The notes under the pieces were generated by a model that was not told the DNA's origin, searched no databases, and was given only the letters and a program-made list of their open reading frames with translations. From a virus (taxonomy: Duplodnaviria > Heunggongvirae > Uroviricota > Caudoviricetes), in IMG/VR virus record IMGVR_UViG_3300006734_000990: a stretch of DNA of 64,000 bases; one strand, 5' to 3'. The position numbers and the translations under genes were made by a program. Shown here one piece after another: positions 1 through 9,691 of the stretch (the first letter of the stretch is position 1; each line of letters opens with the position of its first letter).

Positions 1-495
1 CTAAATCAGCATCGGCTCTTCATCCTGCACCTTCTCATCATAGAGGGCAGCCAACATGAAAATGTCGTCATCCGCGATCTCGGTGATGAATGTCATCCCC
101 TCGTGACCGGCGTCCTTAAGCACACGAGACATCTCGAACGCGCATTCAATGAGTGTCACCAAGGGGCGACCCAGCCCGCGTTTGATCTCAGGGATCTTGA
201 GATCGTCCTGGGTGATCCATGAAATTTTATGGATTTCGTCGCCAATCTTGATGTTGAGGGCCGGCGTAACGGTAAAGGTGCCGTCATTCTGGTGATCATC
301 GAAAATCATATGTAGGGCAGGGGCCGCTTTAACGAAATCGGCTGCCAATCCATCAGCTGTGGCCAATACGCTGCGCCTGAACTCCCAGACATAGCACAGA
401 TCAAGCCCTTGTTCGCGAACCGACCGGTTCATGGCGTCAATGGCGCCACGAACATTTCCAATGTAGCGGTCTGCCTGCAGGCTCAGATCATTCAT
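1..495 (-). CDS. hypothetical protein (164 aa)
   Basis: Complete ORF with stop at 1-3; GC-rich third codon positions; no recognisable motifs. Confidence 0.5.
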   Translation of the reverse strand: MNDLSLQADRYIGNVRGAIDAMNRSVREQGLDLCYVWEFRRSVLATADGLAADFVKAAPALHMIFDDHQNDGTFTVTPALNIKIGDEIHKISWITQDDLKIPEIKRGLGRPLVTLIECAFEMSRVLKDAGHEGMTFITEIADDDIFMLAALYDEKVQDEEPMLI

Positions 496-559
496 GTCGC
501 ATCTCCATTCATCACGGAATGAGGATATGCGATGAACATGAAAAAATGACGCATCGACT

Positions 560-830
560 GATCTGTAACGGAATCTGGTGTTTGTAACGCCCCTGTTACG
601 GCTTTGTTACGCTTCTCGTTACGCTCTATCTCTATGATATATATATATTTTATCAGATGTAGTTAGTTATGTAACGGTTTCTGTGAAAAAGTGTATACGT
701 GCGCACATACATGTACGCGCAGGCAATACACTCATCCGCGTTACGCGTTACGCCTGTTAAGTAATTGAAAACATTGACGTGATCCGTAACAATGCGGCGT
801 TACGGTCGTTTTTCTGTTACGCATATCCCC
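560..830. repeat. iteron-like array: at least 11 copies of CGTTAC(G/A)/TGTAACG hexamers flanking an AT-rich (TATATATATATTTTAT) and palindrome-rich (GTATAC, GTGCGCAC, ACATGT) core
   Basis: Direct reading: motif at 564, 583, 594, 605, 617, 670, 740, 747, 785, 800, 816; local AT-richness in a 60% GC background. Confidence 0.55.
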
Positions 831-938
831 GATATCAACAGCAATCGAGCCGCGAAATCCGTAAATATGTCCGGAATCTTTGACATGCGAAAAACCAAGA
901 CGTAGATATTAATCTATGGACCATTAGGAGTGTCTTCC

Positions 939-1481
939 ATGACAGTGATCAAAGACGGTGACCGTAAGGTGCCCTTCAGTAGGGAACAGCGCCGGCCGCA
1001 CTTCGCGCTGAGGGTACTCAATGTGCTTTTCTCCACCGTGGTGGCGGCGGGGTTTGCTGGCGGTGCTGTCTATGCTGTGCTCGGCGGCGTAGATGGATAC
1101 CTGCCGGAGCGTATCTCCGCAGGATTTGTGGCGATCACCGGTCTTTTAGGTGCCATTCTCATCATTCGCCATGCTTTCAAGGATGCGAGATCGATCAGTC
1201 TTATCCTCCTGTTGGCCATCGCCCTGGGGTTTGCTGCAGCGGTTCAATTTGGCGCCGAGCAGATCTTTATCGAGAACGCACAGCTTTCGCGCCTGAGACG
1301 TCCCGTCATCATTGATGCGGCAATCTTCTATGGGGCTGCCTACCTTATGATTTGGGAGAGGGGGGTGCGGACTGACATCGGGAGTGATGATATTGTCGAC
1401 GTCATCCGTTCAGCATTCTGCATCTGGCCGATGTTCCTCTACATCATCCTGTTGGTCGGTATCGAATTCCTGGTCTGGTGA
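939..1481 (+). CDS. integral membrane protein
   Basis: AGGAG at 924-928 then ATG 939; about five hydrophobic helices. Confidence 0.55.
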   Translation: MTVIKDGDRKVPFSREQRRPHFALRVLNVLFSTVVAAGFAGGAVYAVLGGVDGYLPERISAGFVAITGLLGAILIIRHAFKDARSISLILLLAIALGFAAAVQFGAEQIFIENAQLSRLRRPVIIDAAIFYGAAYLMIWERGVRTDIGSDDIVDVIRSAFCIWPMFLYIILLVGIEFLVW

Positions 1482-1528
1482 CCTGAAAGAGCACCTGCGA
1501 AATACATGACAAGAAAGACAAATTCTAA

Positions 1529-2251
1529 ATGGCATATATCGAGAACATCTATATCAAAGAGGTCACGCATATCGGTTTCCTGGATGATGCCACCAGCCGC
1601 AAGCCAAGCCTGGATGGCGCGGGGATCTCCGTCACGACAAAGCCCGAGAGCTGGCGCGCAATCCGCGGCCTCAACGGGCCCGAGTTCACGCTGATCTTTC
1701 CGACAGCGCAGTGGGTCGACGCCATGACCTTCGGCGATGACGACATCGAGGATATTAAAAAATGGGCCGTAAAGGAAGGCTACCTGCGTGAAACCACGGG
1801 TTGGTTTGCTGTTGTGGCCAGTGACCAGGAGGCCGAGGTGAAGATCTTTCCGACCCAAGAGGAAGCGGCGCGCGCGATCGGCCGGACCCTCGATGAGGAG
1901 ATCTTGGCAATCTCGAACGGCCATGGCGGCACCTGGGCTGACCTGACATTCAAGATCTCCCCACGCGGCATGAAGCAGCTCGAGCGCTGGCCCGGAAATA
2001 TGGTCCAATGGGAACAGGCTGCCATCTCCCTCTACATCCGCAAGGTTGTGGTGCCCAAGCGGCCCTATGTGGTCGGGATCTGGTGGTCTGAGCCCGACAA
2101 TGTCGAGGCCGGCTGCGCACCTTCAGGTATCCTCTTCCCGGAGCGCCTGCACCTTTTTGAAGTGGAGGACGAAGAAGGGGAGGTGATGAGCTTCAACGAG
2201 AAGTTTCCGAACTTCAACGCACCAGTTGATCCCCTTGTGGCCTATGCATGA
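1529..2251 (+). CDS. hypothetical protein (240 aa)
   Basis: Long ORF, coding-like codon bias; overlaps next gene start (ATGA). Confidence 0.55.
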   Translation: MAYIENIYIKEVTHIGFLDDATSRKPSLDGAGISVTTKPESWRAIRGLNGPEFTLIFPTAQWVDAMTFGDDDIEDIKKWAVKEGYLRETTGWFAVVASDQEAEVKIFPTQEEAARAIGRTLDEEILAISNGHGGTWADLTFKISPRGMKQLERWPGNMVQWEQAAISLYIRKVVVPKRPYVVGIWWSEPDNVEAGCAPSGILFPERLHLFEVEDEEGEVMSFNEKFPNFNAPVDPLVAYA

Positions 2252-2673
2252 GTGGGAAGTCGTCAGAGAGAGATCGAGTAGAGCGCAGAGATGCGGCGGC
2301 CGACCGGCGGCTCGCTGAGTTCAACCTTTACGCCGAACTGGAGGAAGGATCGGGGGAGCGCATGCGCCTCGGCCCTTTTGCCGCTCTGGTGTGCCTCCCA
2401 ATCATGCTGTTGAACCCATTCTACGTAACAGCGGTCGCGGGATATGTGGCATACCAAAGGCTGCGCAAAGGCAGATCAAAGGGTGCCGCGGGATATGCCT
2501 CTGATGCATCCATGGTTTTGGTCTCCGTGGTCATCGCTTTTCTCCCCGTATACCTCTTATGGTCTGAATATCGCGACCATATGGAGTATCAAAAAACGCT
2601 TCAGAGTATCGAAAACTTCATGCAAAACTACGAGCAGCTGCGTGATCCGGACAATAGAACATACGATATATAG
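2248..2673 (+). CDS. hypothetical membrane-associated protein (141 aa)
   Basis: ATGA overlap with upstream gene; two hydrophobic segments. Confidence 0.5.
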   Translation: MSGKSSERDRVERRDAAADRRLAEFNLYAELEEGSGERMRLGPFAALVCLPIMLLNPFYVTAVAGYVAYQRLRKGRSKGAAGYASDASMVLVSVVIAFLPVYLLWSEYRDHMEYQKTLQSIENFMQNYEQLRDPDNRTYDI

Positions 2674-2686
2674 ATCGGATATTTGA

Positions 2687-3460
2687 TCAGGGCCCCTGCA
2701 TCTCCATCTCATCTTCCACAGCGCGGTGCTGCCCGTATTCCGGATCCAAGATCTCCGCAGTCGACCGCTCCGGAATGCGTGAGATGATCTCACCACGGAC
2801 CTCGGCCGACAGGGCTCCGTAATTGCCGTCCTGCATGTTCTCCAGAATGTACCGGGGGCCGCGGGAGATGGCGAGAGCCTTCAAGGCCGCTTCCTGCTCA
2901 CCGCAGGCTTTCAGCCGTGTCACTTCAAAGCGACCCGCCTGGTGGCCCAGCTTCTCTCCGCGGCCACCTCTCACGACGAGCCAGTCCGCCTCGGGTTCAG
3001 ACCCGACGCGTTTTTCATCGAACATGCGATGCAGGGCGATCCATGTCTCGAAATGATGAGCGCCATAATCCTGATAATCAGAAAAACCATAACCGGATCG
3101 ATCGATCTGCATGCCGGCAAGATTGAGGCTCATATCCATCTTCGTCTTTGCCCCATGATCACCATTATAGTGATCGAGATCGAGTTCGATTTTTACAGGC
3201 CGTGCCGACTGGGGCAGCTCTTCGATGAAGCTCTGAAAAGCGGCGACTACACCCCCGCCAAACTCGGCATAGCCTTTGCGCAGATCAGAGGACTCGGGGA
3301 ATTCCATGAAGGCAGACCAGCACGCCACCCCGTCCACTTCATGGAGTCGTGCCTTGCGCGATAGGGGCGCATTGGGGTGGGTATTGCGATAGTCGTTGTT
3401 GGCTTTGGCGGCTGCCTTTACGATCGCATTGAGGTGTTCTTTTAGGCGTTCTTTGTTCAT
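2687..3460 (-). CDS. hypothetical protein (257 aa)
   Basis: Long ORF with GC3 bias; no motif recognised. Confidence 0.5.
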   Translation of the reverse strand: MNKERLKEHLNAIVKAAAKANNDYRNTHPNAPLSRKARLHEVDGVACWSAFMEFPESSDLRKGYAEFGGGVVAAFQSFIEELPQSARPVKIELDLDHYNGDHGAKTKMDMSLNLAGMQIDRSGYGFSDYQDYGAHHFETWIALHRMFDEKRVGSEPEADWLVVRGGRGEKLGHQAGRFEVTRLKACGEQEAALKALAISRGPRYILENMQDGNYGALSAEVRGEIISRIPERSTAEILDPEYGQHRAVEDEMEMQGP

Positions 3461-3518
3461 GGAGGGCTCCTTCTTTGCCTTCAGGATAAGTCAGGGTGTC
3501 GTAAATGCCGACAGGCGT

Positions 3519-4253
3519 CTACTCGGCTGCCTCAAGAAAGCCTTCGGACAGAGGGGCCTTCTTCAGGCGCGCTGCCCACCCCATCATATGGTGCATGGGG
3601 GTGTGCCAAACCTCGCGAACCTCGAGGGTCAGACAGTTACCAACAATAACCTGCGCCGGCACTGCCCAGAGCGACAATTGGATGTAGCACATGAGGGCGG
3701 CTGTGCGATCGACATCCACGGCCTGAACCCAGATGCTACGCTCAGGCCGGCGTCCGGCGCGCAGCAGGATATCAACGATTGGCAAGATCATCCCACCGGC
3801 ACCGCAGGCCGGCTCGGAAATCGTCACGAAGGGCTTCTCTTTAAGGAGTTCATCCAAATTCGCAAAATTGAGTTCCGCCATCATTCTCGAGACATTCGTA
3901 GGGGTATAGAACTGCCCGCGGCGCGCATCGCCGAACTCAAGCGACATGAATAAATCGCCCAGAAAGTCTTCCGGAGCTACTTCTAGGCCCTTAACAACGA
4001 TCGCGAGGAGTCTTTGAAGGCGCTCCCGATCTTCCGGCTCATAGTTTTGGATGATTTGAAGATATTCATCCTCCAGTTGCTGCGAAAACGCGCATGTATT
4101 TCGCAATGCGATGGCACTCATAGTAACGAAGTCCGTGAACACCTTGAAGCGATGGTGGTAGCGTGCAGTCTCCCCGAAGAGGTCGAGGAAGGCCTTCTTC
4201 TGGCCGGATACGGTGATTAAATGCCCGTCTTCGCGCTTCATCGCAATCTCCAT
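3519..4253 (-). pseudogene. N6-adenine DNA methyltransferase (HsdM / N6_Mtase family) N-terminal portion, truncated before the NPPY/NPPF catalytic motif
   Basis: GQFYTP (motif X) and EPACGAGGM (motif I, SAM binding) present; HsdM-like (Q/D)..T..LA.MNL...G..GN(C/T)L segment present; no NPPF/NPPY before the stop; neighbouring ORF does not supply the missing part. Confidence 0.45.
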
Positions 4254-4279
4254 TGTAAAAGTATATGGCTATACATGTG

Positions 4280-4306
4280 ATGCGAATTTCAATGATGCAA
4301 CAATAA
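4280..4306 (+). other. mini-ORF MRISMMQQ* beginning with ATGCGAATTT box in a divergent intergenic region
   Basis: Read directly; same ATGCGAATTT start as mini-ORF at 27473. Confidence 0.25.
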
Positions 4307-4443
4307 AGACGGAAACGCGGAACATATCCGTTTAATAACAGTTCATTATTCGCAACCAACGTGATGTGATAATGTCCGCAGCGCGTAACCATCCTCGTGG
4401 CACCCGCGAGGTCTACAGAGAACTTTCAAAGGAGACTTCACAG

Positions 4444-4920
4444 ATGAAGTTCAACACCACCGCATTCAGGACCACCTCGCTTATGGCAGCAGCTCTTACT
4501 GTCATGGGTACATCCGCATTTGCATGGCAGATTGATGCGCCTATCACAAAAGCCGAGGCCATGGAAAAGGCGGCTGAGCGCTTTGATAAGGCCGATATTG
4601 ACGGAGATGGTGTCTTGAGCGTCGAGGAGATGAAGGCCGGCAAGAAAGCGGGTGGTGACAAGAGTAACCGCATGAAGCCGCGCGATGTTTTCTCGAAGAT
4701 CGATGCCGACGGCTCGGGCGATTTGAGCCCGGAAGAGTTCGTCAAGGCAGCAGAGCGCATGGAGAAACACCGCAACGAGAAAGGTCATGCTGATGAGGAG
4801 GGTAAAATGAAACTGACCCCGGCAGAGCGCTTTGTTGAGCTGGATGTGGATCAGGATGGCGCGCTGAGCATCGAAGAGTTCAAGCCCGGCAAGCGCCACG
4901 GCAAGGCTGAAGACAAATAA
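4444..4920 (+). CDS. secreted EF-hand calcium-binding protein (three DxDGDG-type loops)
   Basis: AAGGAG upstream of ATG 4444; signal-peptide-like N-terminus; DIDGDGVLSVEE, DADGSGDLSPEE, DVDQDGALSIEE. Confidence 0.7.
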   Translation: MKFNTTAFRTTSLMAAALTVMGTSAFAWQIDAPITKAEAMEKAAERFDKADIDGDGVLSVEEMKAGKKAGGDKSNRMKPRDVFSKIDADGSGDLSPEEFVKAAERMEKHRNEKGHADEEGKMKLTPAERFVELDVDQDGALSIEEFKPGKRHGKAEDK

Positions 4921-4947
4921 CAGCCACAGCGGGACTACCGCACCTTG

Positions 4948-4976
4948 GGGCAGCCTTCGGGCTGCCTCTTTTTTTC
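4948..4976 (+). terminator. intrinsic terminator GGCAGCC-TTCG-GGCTGCC followed by TCTTTTTTT
   Basis: Perfect 7-bp stem, tetraloop, U-tract immediately after EF-hand gene. Confidence 0.75.
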
Positions 4977-5100
4977 GACTTTGTGAAAAATCGCACCGGC
5001 GGTATCTGGCCATTCGCAATAGAGCAAGATACATCGCTGTGAAAATATGGTATTTTCTAGATTACCAAAAAGGCGAAAAGAAGACTGAAGGAAATCATCC

Positions 5101-5646
5101 ATGGCGCAAACCGCATTCGCTAAGAAGATCTCTGGCAACGACGAGCATTTCTACTTTCAGGCTGGGGGGTATGTTCTGCTAAGGATCTCCAAGACACCCG
5201 GTGAATTCGGATATTCTGTCATGACGGTAACGACAGCGAGCTCAACAGCTGCTGCGTGCAAGGCACCGCATCTGTATGCACCTGAAATCGTTGTTGGCGG
5301 CGAGGCGGCGTCGCTCATGAATATCGACAGTGTTGAGCACTGCAACCCAACCCATGAAAGAGCATATCCGGATGCCGACAAGCTGATCTCAGCCGTATCC
5401 TCCCTGATCACGGTAGAGGAGAATGACCTGCGCAGAGATCCCGCAGGACGCCGCTATATCATCCTGAGCGGCATCACGAGCCCGGCGACAGTTCGCGCCT
5501 TCGGGAATGACATTGCAGATGTTCTTTGCCTTGAAAAGTATGTGGAGCCTTGGGTCTATTCAGAGCGACAGACCACAAGCGAAGATCTACCCGATCCTGC
5601 AAATACCCCCAAGCCGTATCGTTGCCTTGATATCTCCTGCCTCTGA
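5101..5646 (+). CDS. hypothetical protein (181 aa)
   Basis: ORF with coding bias; convergent with next gene. Confidence 0.45.
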   Translation: MAQTAFAKKISGNDEHFYFQAGGYVLLRISKTPGEFGYSVMTVTTASSTAAACKAPHLYAPEIVVGGEAASLMNIDSVEHCNPTHERAYPDADKLISAVSSLITVEENDLRRDPAGRRYIILSGITSPATVRAFGNDIADVLCLEKYVEPWVYSERQTTSEDLPDPANTPKPYRCLDISCL

Positions 5647-5661
5647 CCCCGCGGCCTGTAA

Positions 5662-6546
5662 CTATGCTGTAAGAAACATCCCGCAGGATGCAGCCACATC
5701 CCGGCCGACGCGGGGAACAATCTTTGAGCCCATCAGGGGCATAGCTCCCCCAAGCACCCTCAGAGCTTGCGCGTAGCTTGCGTCGCTGGCCTCGCGGCCG
5801 GTTCTTTCGCTGAAGCTGTTATACCTGACAAGATTCAAGCGTGTTTTCAGGGTGGAATTTTCAAGGAAGTTCCGCAGCGCGACATGATCGCAAAGCCGAT
5901 CGTTCTCTCCTTCAATGAGCGCATGGTGAATAACCACATCCCGTCCCGTCGCGGCCTGCCAATCCTCCAGGCGTGCGAGGGTGGCGTCGGGTGCATCGGC
6001 CTTTGGCAGCCAACGTTTACGGAAGGAGGGCAGGAGGGAGTAGATTGACCAGTAGAAAGTGACCGGGTGGCCCGCGAAAGACTTCACGAGGTTCACATCG
6101 CGCGCGCCAATCGGGAAGATCGAGGAGACATTGATGCGGTAATCGATGCCCCGTTCCTCCGCTGCCGTGCGGATCGGCGCGATAAACCTGTCGAACTCGT
6201 TGCAAAAGTTAGGGTTAAGCAGAGGTTCACCGCGGGCCATCATATTGACGTTCATCCGCGTGACCGGTGCCTTCAGACTGTCGTAATGCTCGATCACCTG
6301 GGAAAACTGCGCGTGATAATCCTCAATCCGCGCCTGCCCCATTTGAACTTCCTTCAACTGGGTTAGATGGCAAAACCTGCAGGCTTGATTGCAACCTGTC
6401 TGGGAGGAGAGATAGGCGATAAAATACTCGGAACTGCGCTGAACGAAACGCGCTTCAAGAGCGCCACCATCTTCGTTTTTCGCAATGAAGTTTACCGAGG
6501 CATCGATCTCAGATGCACGTCTCTGCCACTCGTATGTCATATCCAT
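5662..6546 (-). CDS. RlmN/Cfr-family radical SAM RNA methyltransferase, compact form (about 295 aa; alternative start 6630)
   Basis: SSQTGCNQACRFC (CxxxCxxC), MMARGEPLLN (RlmN GMGEPL), C-terminal NLVRYNSF...RVGRDVAASCGMF matching RlmN NLIPWNPF...RGDDIDAACGQL with the second catalytic Cys; GGAG before ATG 6546; TGCGAAAAG box at 6554-6562. Confidence 0.65.
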   Translation of the reverse strand: MDMTYEWQRRASEIDASVNFIAKNEDGGALEARFVQRSSEYFIAYLSSQTGCNQACRFCHLTQLKEVQMGQARIEDYHAQFSQVIEHYDSLKAPVTRMNVNMMARGEPLLNPNFCNEFDRFIAPIRTAAEERGIDYRINVSSIFPIGARDVNLVKSFAGHPVTFYWSIYSLLPSFRKRWLPKADAPDATLARLEDWQAATGRDVVIHHALIEGENDRLCDHVALRNFLENSTLKTRLNLVRYNSFSERTGREASDASYAQALRVLGGAMPLMGSKIVPRVGRDVAASCGMFLTA

Positions 6547-6671
6547 CTCCTGCCACAGCTTACTTTTCGCAGCTATGCCAGAGAATTTCAGATTACAAAT
6601 GCCAGCCGGTGTCTGCGGCAGTGATCGCAAACATCCCGGACCATGGAAAATTAGTAGCGCGCAGACTTTCC

Positions 6672-6875
6672 CTATGCGTCGGCCCGGGCCTTCTTGGTCT
6701 TGGCTTTCGTGACAGTCTTGGGTTCAACCTCTTGTGCCAGACGCGCCTGGCGCAAACGCTCTGATTTTTCCTGACGTTGAATGGTTTGTGCTTCGATGAT
6801 CTCCAGAGCGGCAGCGGTAGTGCGCTCGGCTTTGGTTTCGCTCTTAGTGGGCGTGAGTGTTTTGGCGGTAGTCAT
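6672..6875 (-). CDS. small basic Lys/Ala/Thr-rich protein (67 aa)
   Basis: ORF only; composition suggests nucleic-acid-binding; weak support. Confidence 0.3.
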   Translation of the reverse strand: MTTAKTLTPTKSETKAERTTAAALEIIEAQTIQRQEKSERLRQARLAQEVEPKTVTKAKTKKARADA

Positions 6876-7119
6876 AGGTTCACTTTCATGATGAGGGCGG
6901 ATCCGCGAAGCTTTCCGAAATGAAAGCGCGTCCCCATAACCATCTAGGTCGATCGGGCGGAAAGAAAACGGTGAGCGTCGTTATCATTACGTGGGAAGGG
7001 GATTTATGCGGCAAATCTAAACAGATTTCGCATCTGCCAGACTTTTGGCTGGCCCCTGCCTTATGAGGGCCATAGCTTGCCCACATATTTTAACGGTTTC
7101 AGTAAGACTTGGGTGATTC

Positions 7120-8190
7120 ATGGTTTTCAAATTTATCAAATCGGTTCTCATTATTCTCGGGCTGATGTTTGGCTCTGTGATTGTCTCGGTGATCTCGCCG
7201 CATCTGGGGTTCTACCTGGGCCTTGCCCTGCTGATCGTGCCCCTCATCGCGTTGATCAAGCCTCTCCCGCAGATCGGATTAGGTCATAGAGGGTTCAGCT
7301 TTTCGGTCGCATTCTTCGTTGGGATCATGGCGACGATGGTGGGCTACAGCACCTTGCAGTCGGTAGATCTGGAAGCAATGTCCGCACTTAAGGCCGCAGA
7401 CCCCGAAGCTTATCTCGCAGAGCTGAAGGAGAAAGACCGTGACATCTGGCTGACGGAGCTGAAGGAGATCGATCCGGAGCGCCACGCCGTCGCGCTGGAA
7501 GAAGAGCGGGTACGCATTGCCGCCGAAGAGGCCCGCCGCGCTGAAGAGGAGGCCGAGCTTGCCGCTAAAAAGGCGATCGATGACGCCAAACAGGCCGAGA
7601 TCGTCCGGAATGCGGAGTTAAAGGAAGCCGAGCGCCAGGCCGCGGCGCGTGACGAGGATATCCAAAACTACCTCGAGATGATGGCGCGCGAGATGGCTGA
7701 CCTCAAGTCATTCGACGTTTCGGAATTCACATCCGATGTCGAGGAGATCAATAAGGCGGCCCTGCTGCTCAATGTCTGGACGATGCTCTACGAGGAAGGA
7801 AAGCAGTATCGGGATGAACCGGCAGTGAAATCAAAGCACGATGACTACCGGCGTCAGATCGTTTCAACCCAGCAGCGCATGCTGCCCGCGCTGCGTGATG
7901 CCTACGGTCCGGCGATGCGCCGGCTGCTTTGGGAGGCGGATGGATCGGCGCGCACGATTGGTAAGGGTTACCGGACGATTGAGTTTGTATCCGCGAGCTT
8001 TGCGCGGAACATGAACATCAAGACGACCCACCAAGAGATCTCGGATATGCTGAAAATGCTGCGTTTCACCCGGGCCCAGTACAAGTGGTTCAAGCAGGCT
8101 ACGGAATACAGCTACTACGATATGGAGGCTCCATCAGATCAGGCGCTTGTCATCTGGGAAAGCAACGGCCGGTACCGGACTATAAAATAA
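7120..8190 (+). CDS. membrane-anchored coiled-coil protein (356 aa)
   Basis: Two N-terminal TM helices then long Ala/Glu/Arg-rich helical segment. Confidence 0.55.
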   Translation: MVFKFIKSVLIILGLMFGSVIVSVISPHLGFYLGLALLIVPLIALIKPLPQIGLGHRGFSFSVAFFVGIMATMVGYSTLQSVDLEAMSALKAADPEAYLAELKEKDRDIWLTELKEIDPERHAVALEEERVRIAAEEARRAEEEAELAAKKAIDDAKQAEIVRNAELKEAERQAAARDEDIQNYLEMMAREMADLKSFDVSEFTSDVEEINKAALLLNVWTMLYEEGKQYRDEPAVKSKHDDYRRQIVSTQQRMLPALRDAYGPAMRRLLWEADGSARTIGKGYRTIEFVSASFARNMNIKTTHQEISDMLKMLRFTRAQYKWFKQATEYSYYDMEAPSDQALVIWESNGRYRTIK

Positions 8191-8477
8191 TGCAGAAACG
8201 ACTAGAGGCCGAATTCTTCCTCGTTCTGCTGCGTTTGCTCCACAGGCTCATCAAATATAGGGCCAACTCGTTTCGCGCGTTGTTTCCGAAATCACGACCC
8301 GGGCGCTGCAGGGCAACACCAAACTTCCGGTCCTCGCCGTCCTGAGTTCGGGTATAGGGCCCACGTAAAACGTAGGGTATTTACCATTTGCTTTAACTCG
8401 GGAAATCCTCAAAATATCTTGCACTTGAATACCCGCTTTAAAGATGCTGGTTCAACGGAAAACAGAAAAGAAGATTT

Positions 8478-9227
8478 ATGGCTGATCGAGAATATATAAA
8501 CGTTATGGGTGTCTTGGTCGCGCAGGACAGTATGAGCTCAATTGAAGTGATAACTGCAAAATTCACGTATGTATTGCTTCTGATCTTCAAGATAATTTGG
8601 GGCCTTTCCGCGATATTTTTTGTTGTGGAGTATTTCGACTTAGGTATCCCTCGGATACTCTCGGCAGGTGAGCCAAGCCCCTTCATTCTGTTTCTCTCTT
8701 TGTTTTTCTCGATAATGTACCTTTGGGCCGACGCATCTATTCGTGACAATAAATATGCCGTTCGAGTAACGCTGGATTCGGGCAGGGCATTGACCTCCCG
8801 CCAGATCAGCTTGGATCTTGCCCTTGCATACAAGAATAAACTTCAGAAGACCTTCGAACTCGGCGAGACCGGCAGTACATTCGAGCATGAAGGAACCGTT
8901 TACCATTCAAATGACATCATCACGGTTCGGACTTACAGAAGTATCCCAGAGAGATGTTTTTTGGCGACGCTGGTCTATGGTGTCGCATTCTCAATTGTGC
9001 TCTTCATGGTGGTCCAAGATGGAATGAGCGCGTCGGCGCTATTGTTTATTCCCATATTTTTTGTTCCAGCTGCATGGGCGGCAATCAATACCCTGAACGG
9101 CGATAACAAGCTGGAGGTTATATCTTCTTCTGGTAAGGGCATGGTGACCTCAAAAGTCAGCCGTATATCTGAAGATAGTGCAAATATCAGAGATTTTATC
9201 TATTCCAGCGTAGCAGTACGTTCTTAG
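8478..9227 (+). CDS. integral membrane protein in a low-GC patch
   Basis: Several hydrophobic helices; region 8200-9240 markedly AT-richer than surroundings. Confidence 0.5.
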   Translation: MADREYINVMGVLVAQDSMSSIEVITAKFTYVLLLIFKIIWGLSAIFFVVEYFDLGIPRILSAGEPSPFILFLSLFFSIMYLWADASIRDNKYAVRVTLDSGRALTSRQISLDLALAYKNKLQKTFELGETGSTFEHEGTVYHSNDIITVRTYRSIPERCFLATLVYGVAFSIVLFMVVQDGMSASALLFIPIFFVPAAWAAINTLNGDNKLEVISSSGKGMVTSKVSRISEDSANIRDFIYSSVAVRS

Positions 9228-9691
9228 GGCTCATCAGGCTCCGGCGGTTTGACTTTGCTTTCCGCCTTGTTGGCAAGACCGCGGACCTCGCCTTCAAAGT
9301 GCAAGCGGCGGACCCCTGAGAGATCCGGACAGTCCTGCACAACCCCCTCCGGGTCTAGCCCCAGCGAGATATGAGCATTGAACTCCGGGAAGGCAAAATG
9401 CGCGCCGGCCGTGACCAGCGCGCGGTGCCGCTCCTCGATCTCAGGGCAACGCATGGTCAGCACCAGGTGAGGGCCGAACCGGTCAAAGGCAAGATCCTGC
9501 GGCACGATCTCCAGGGGGTCTTCCATCGCTTGGAAGACAGGCAAGTTCCAATCGACCTCGCGCTTGGAATAGATCAGCGTCATATGCAGTTCGACTTCCC
9601 GCTCGAAGTCAAAACCCGACATCATATCGACAATCATGTCATTGTCGGTCGAGGCGAGGGGGCGTTTGATGTAGAGGGACTTCAGTTTCAT
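9224..9691 (-). CDS. 2H phosphoesterase superfamily protein (LigT / cyclic phosphodiesterase-like)
   Basis: Two H-x-(T/S)-x motifs: HMTLIY and HISLG about 80 aa apart; overlaps upstream gene by 4 nt. Confidence 0.6.
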   Translation of the reverse strand: MKLKSLYIKRPLASTDNDMIVDMMSGFDFEREVELHMTLIYSKREVDWNLPVFQAMEDPLEIVPQDLAFDRFGPHLVLTMRCPEIEERHRALVTAGAHFAFPEFNAHISLGLDPEGVVQDCPDLSGVRRLHFEGEVRGLANKAESKVKPPEPDEP

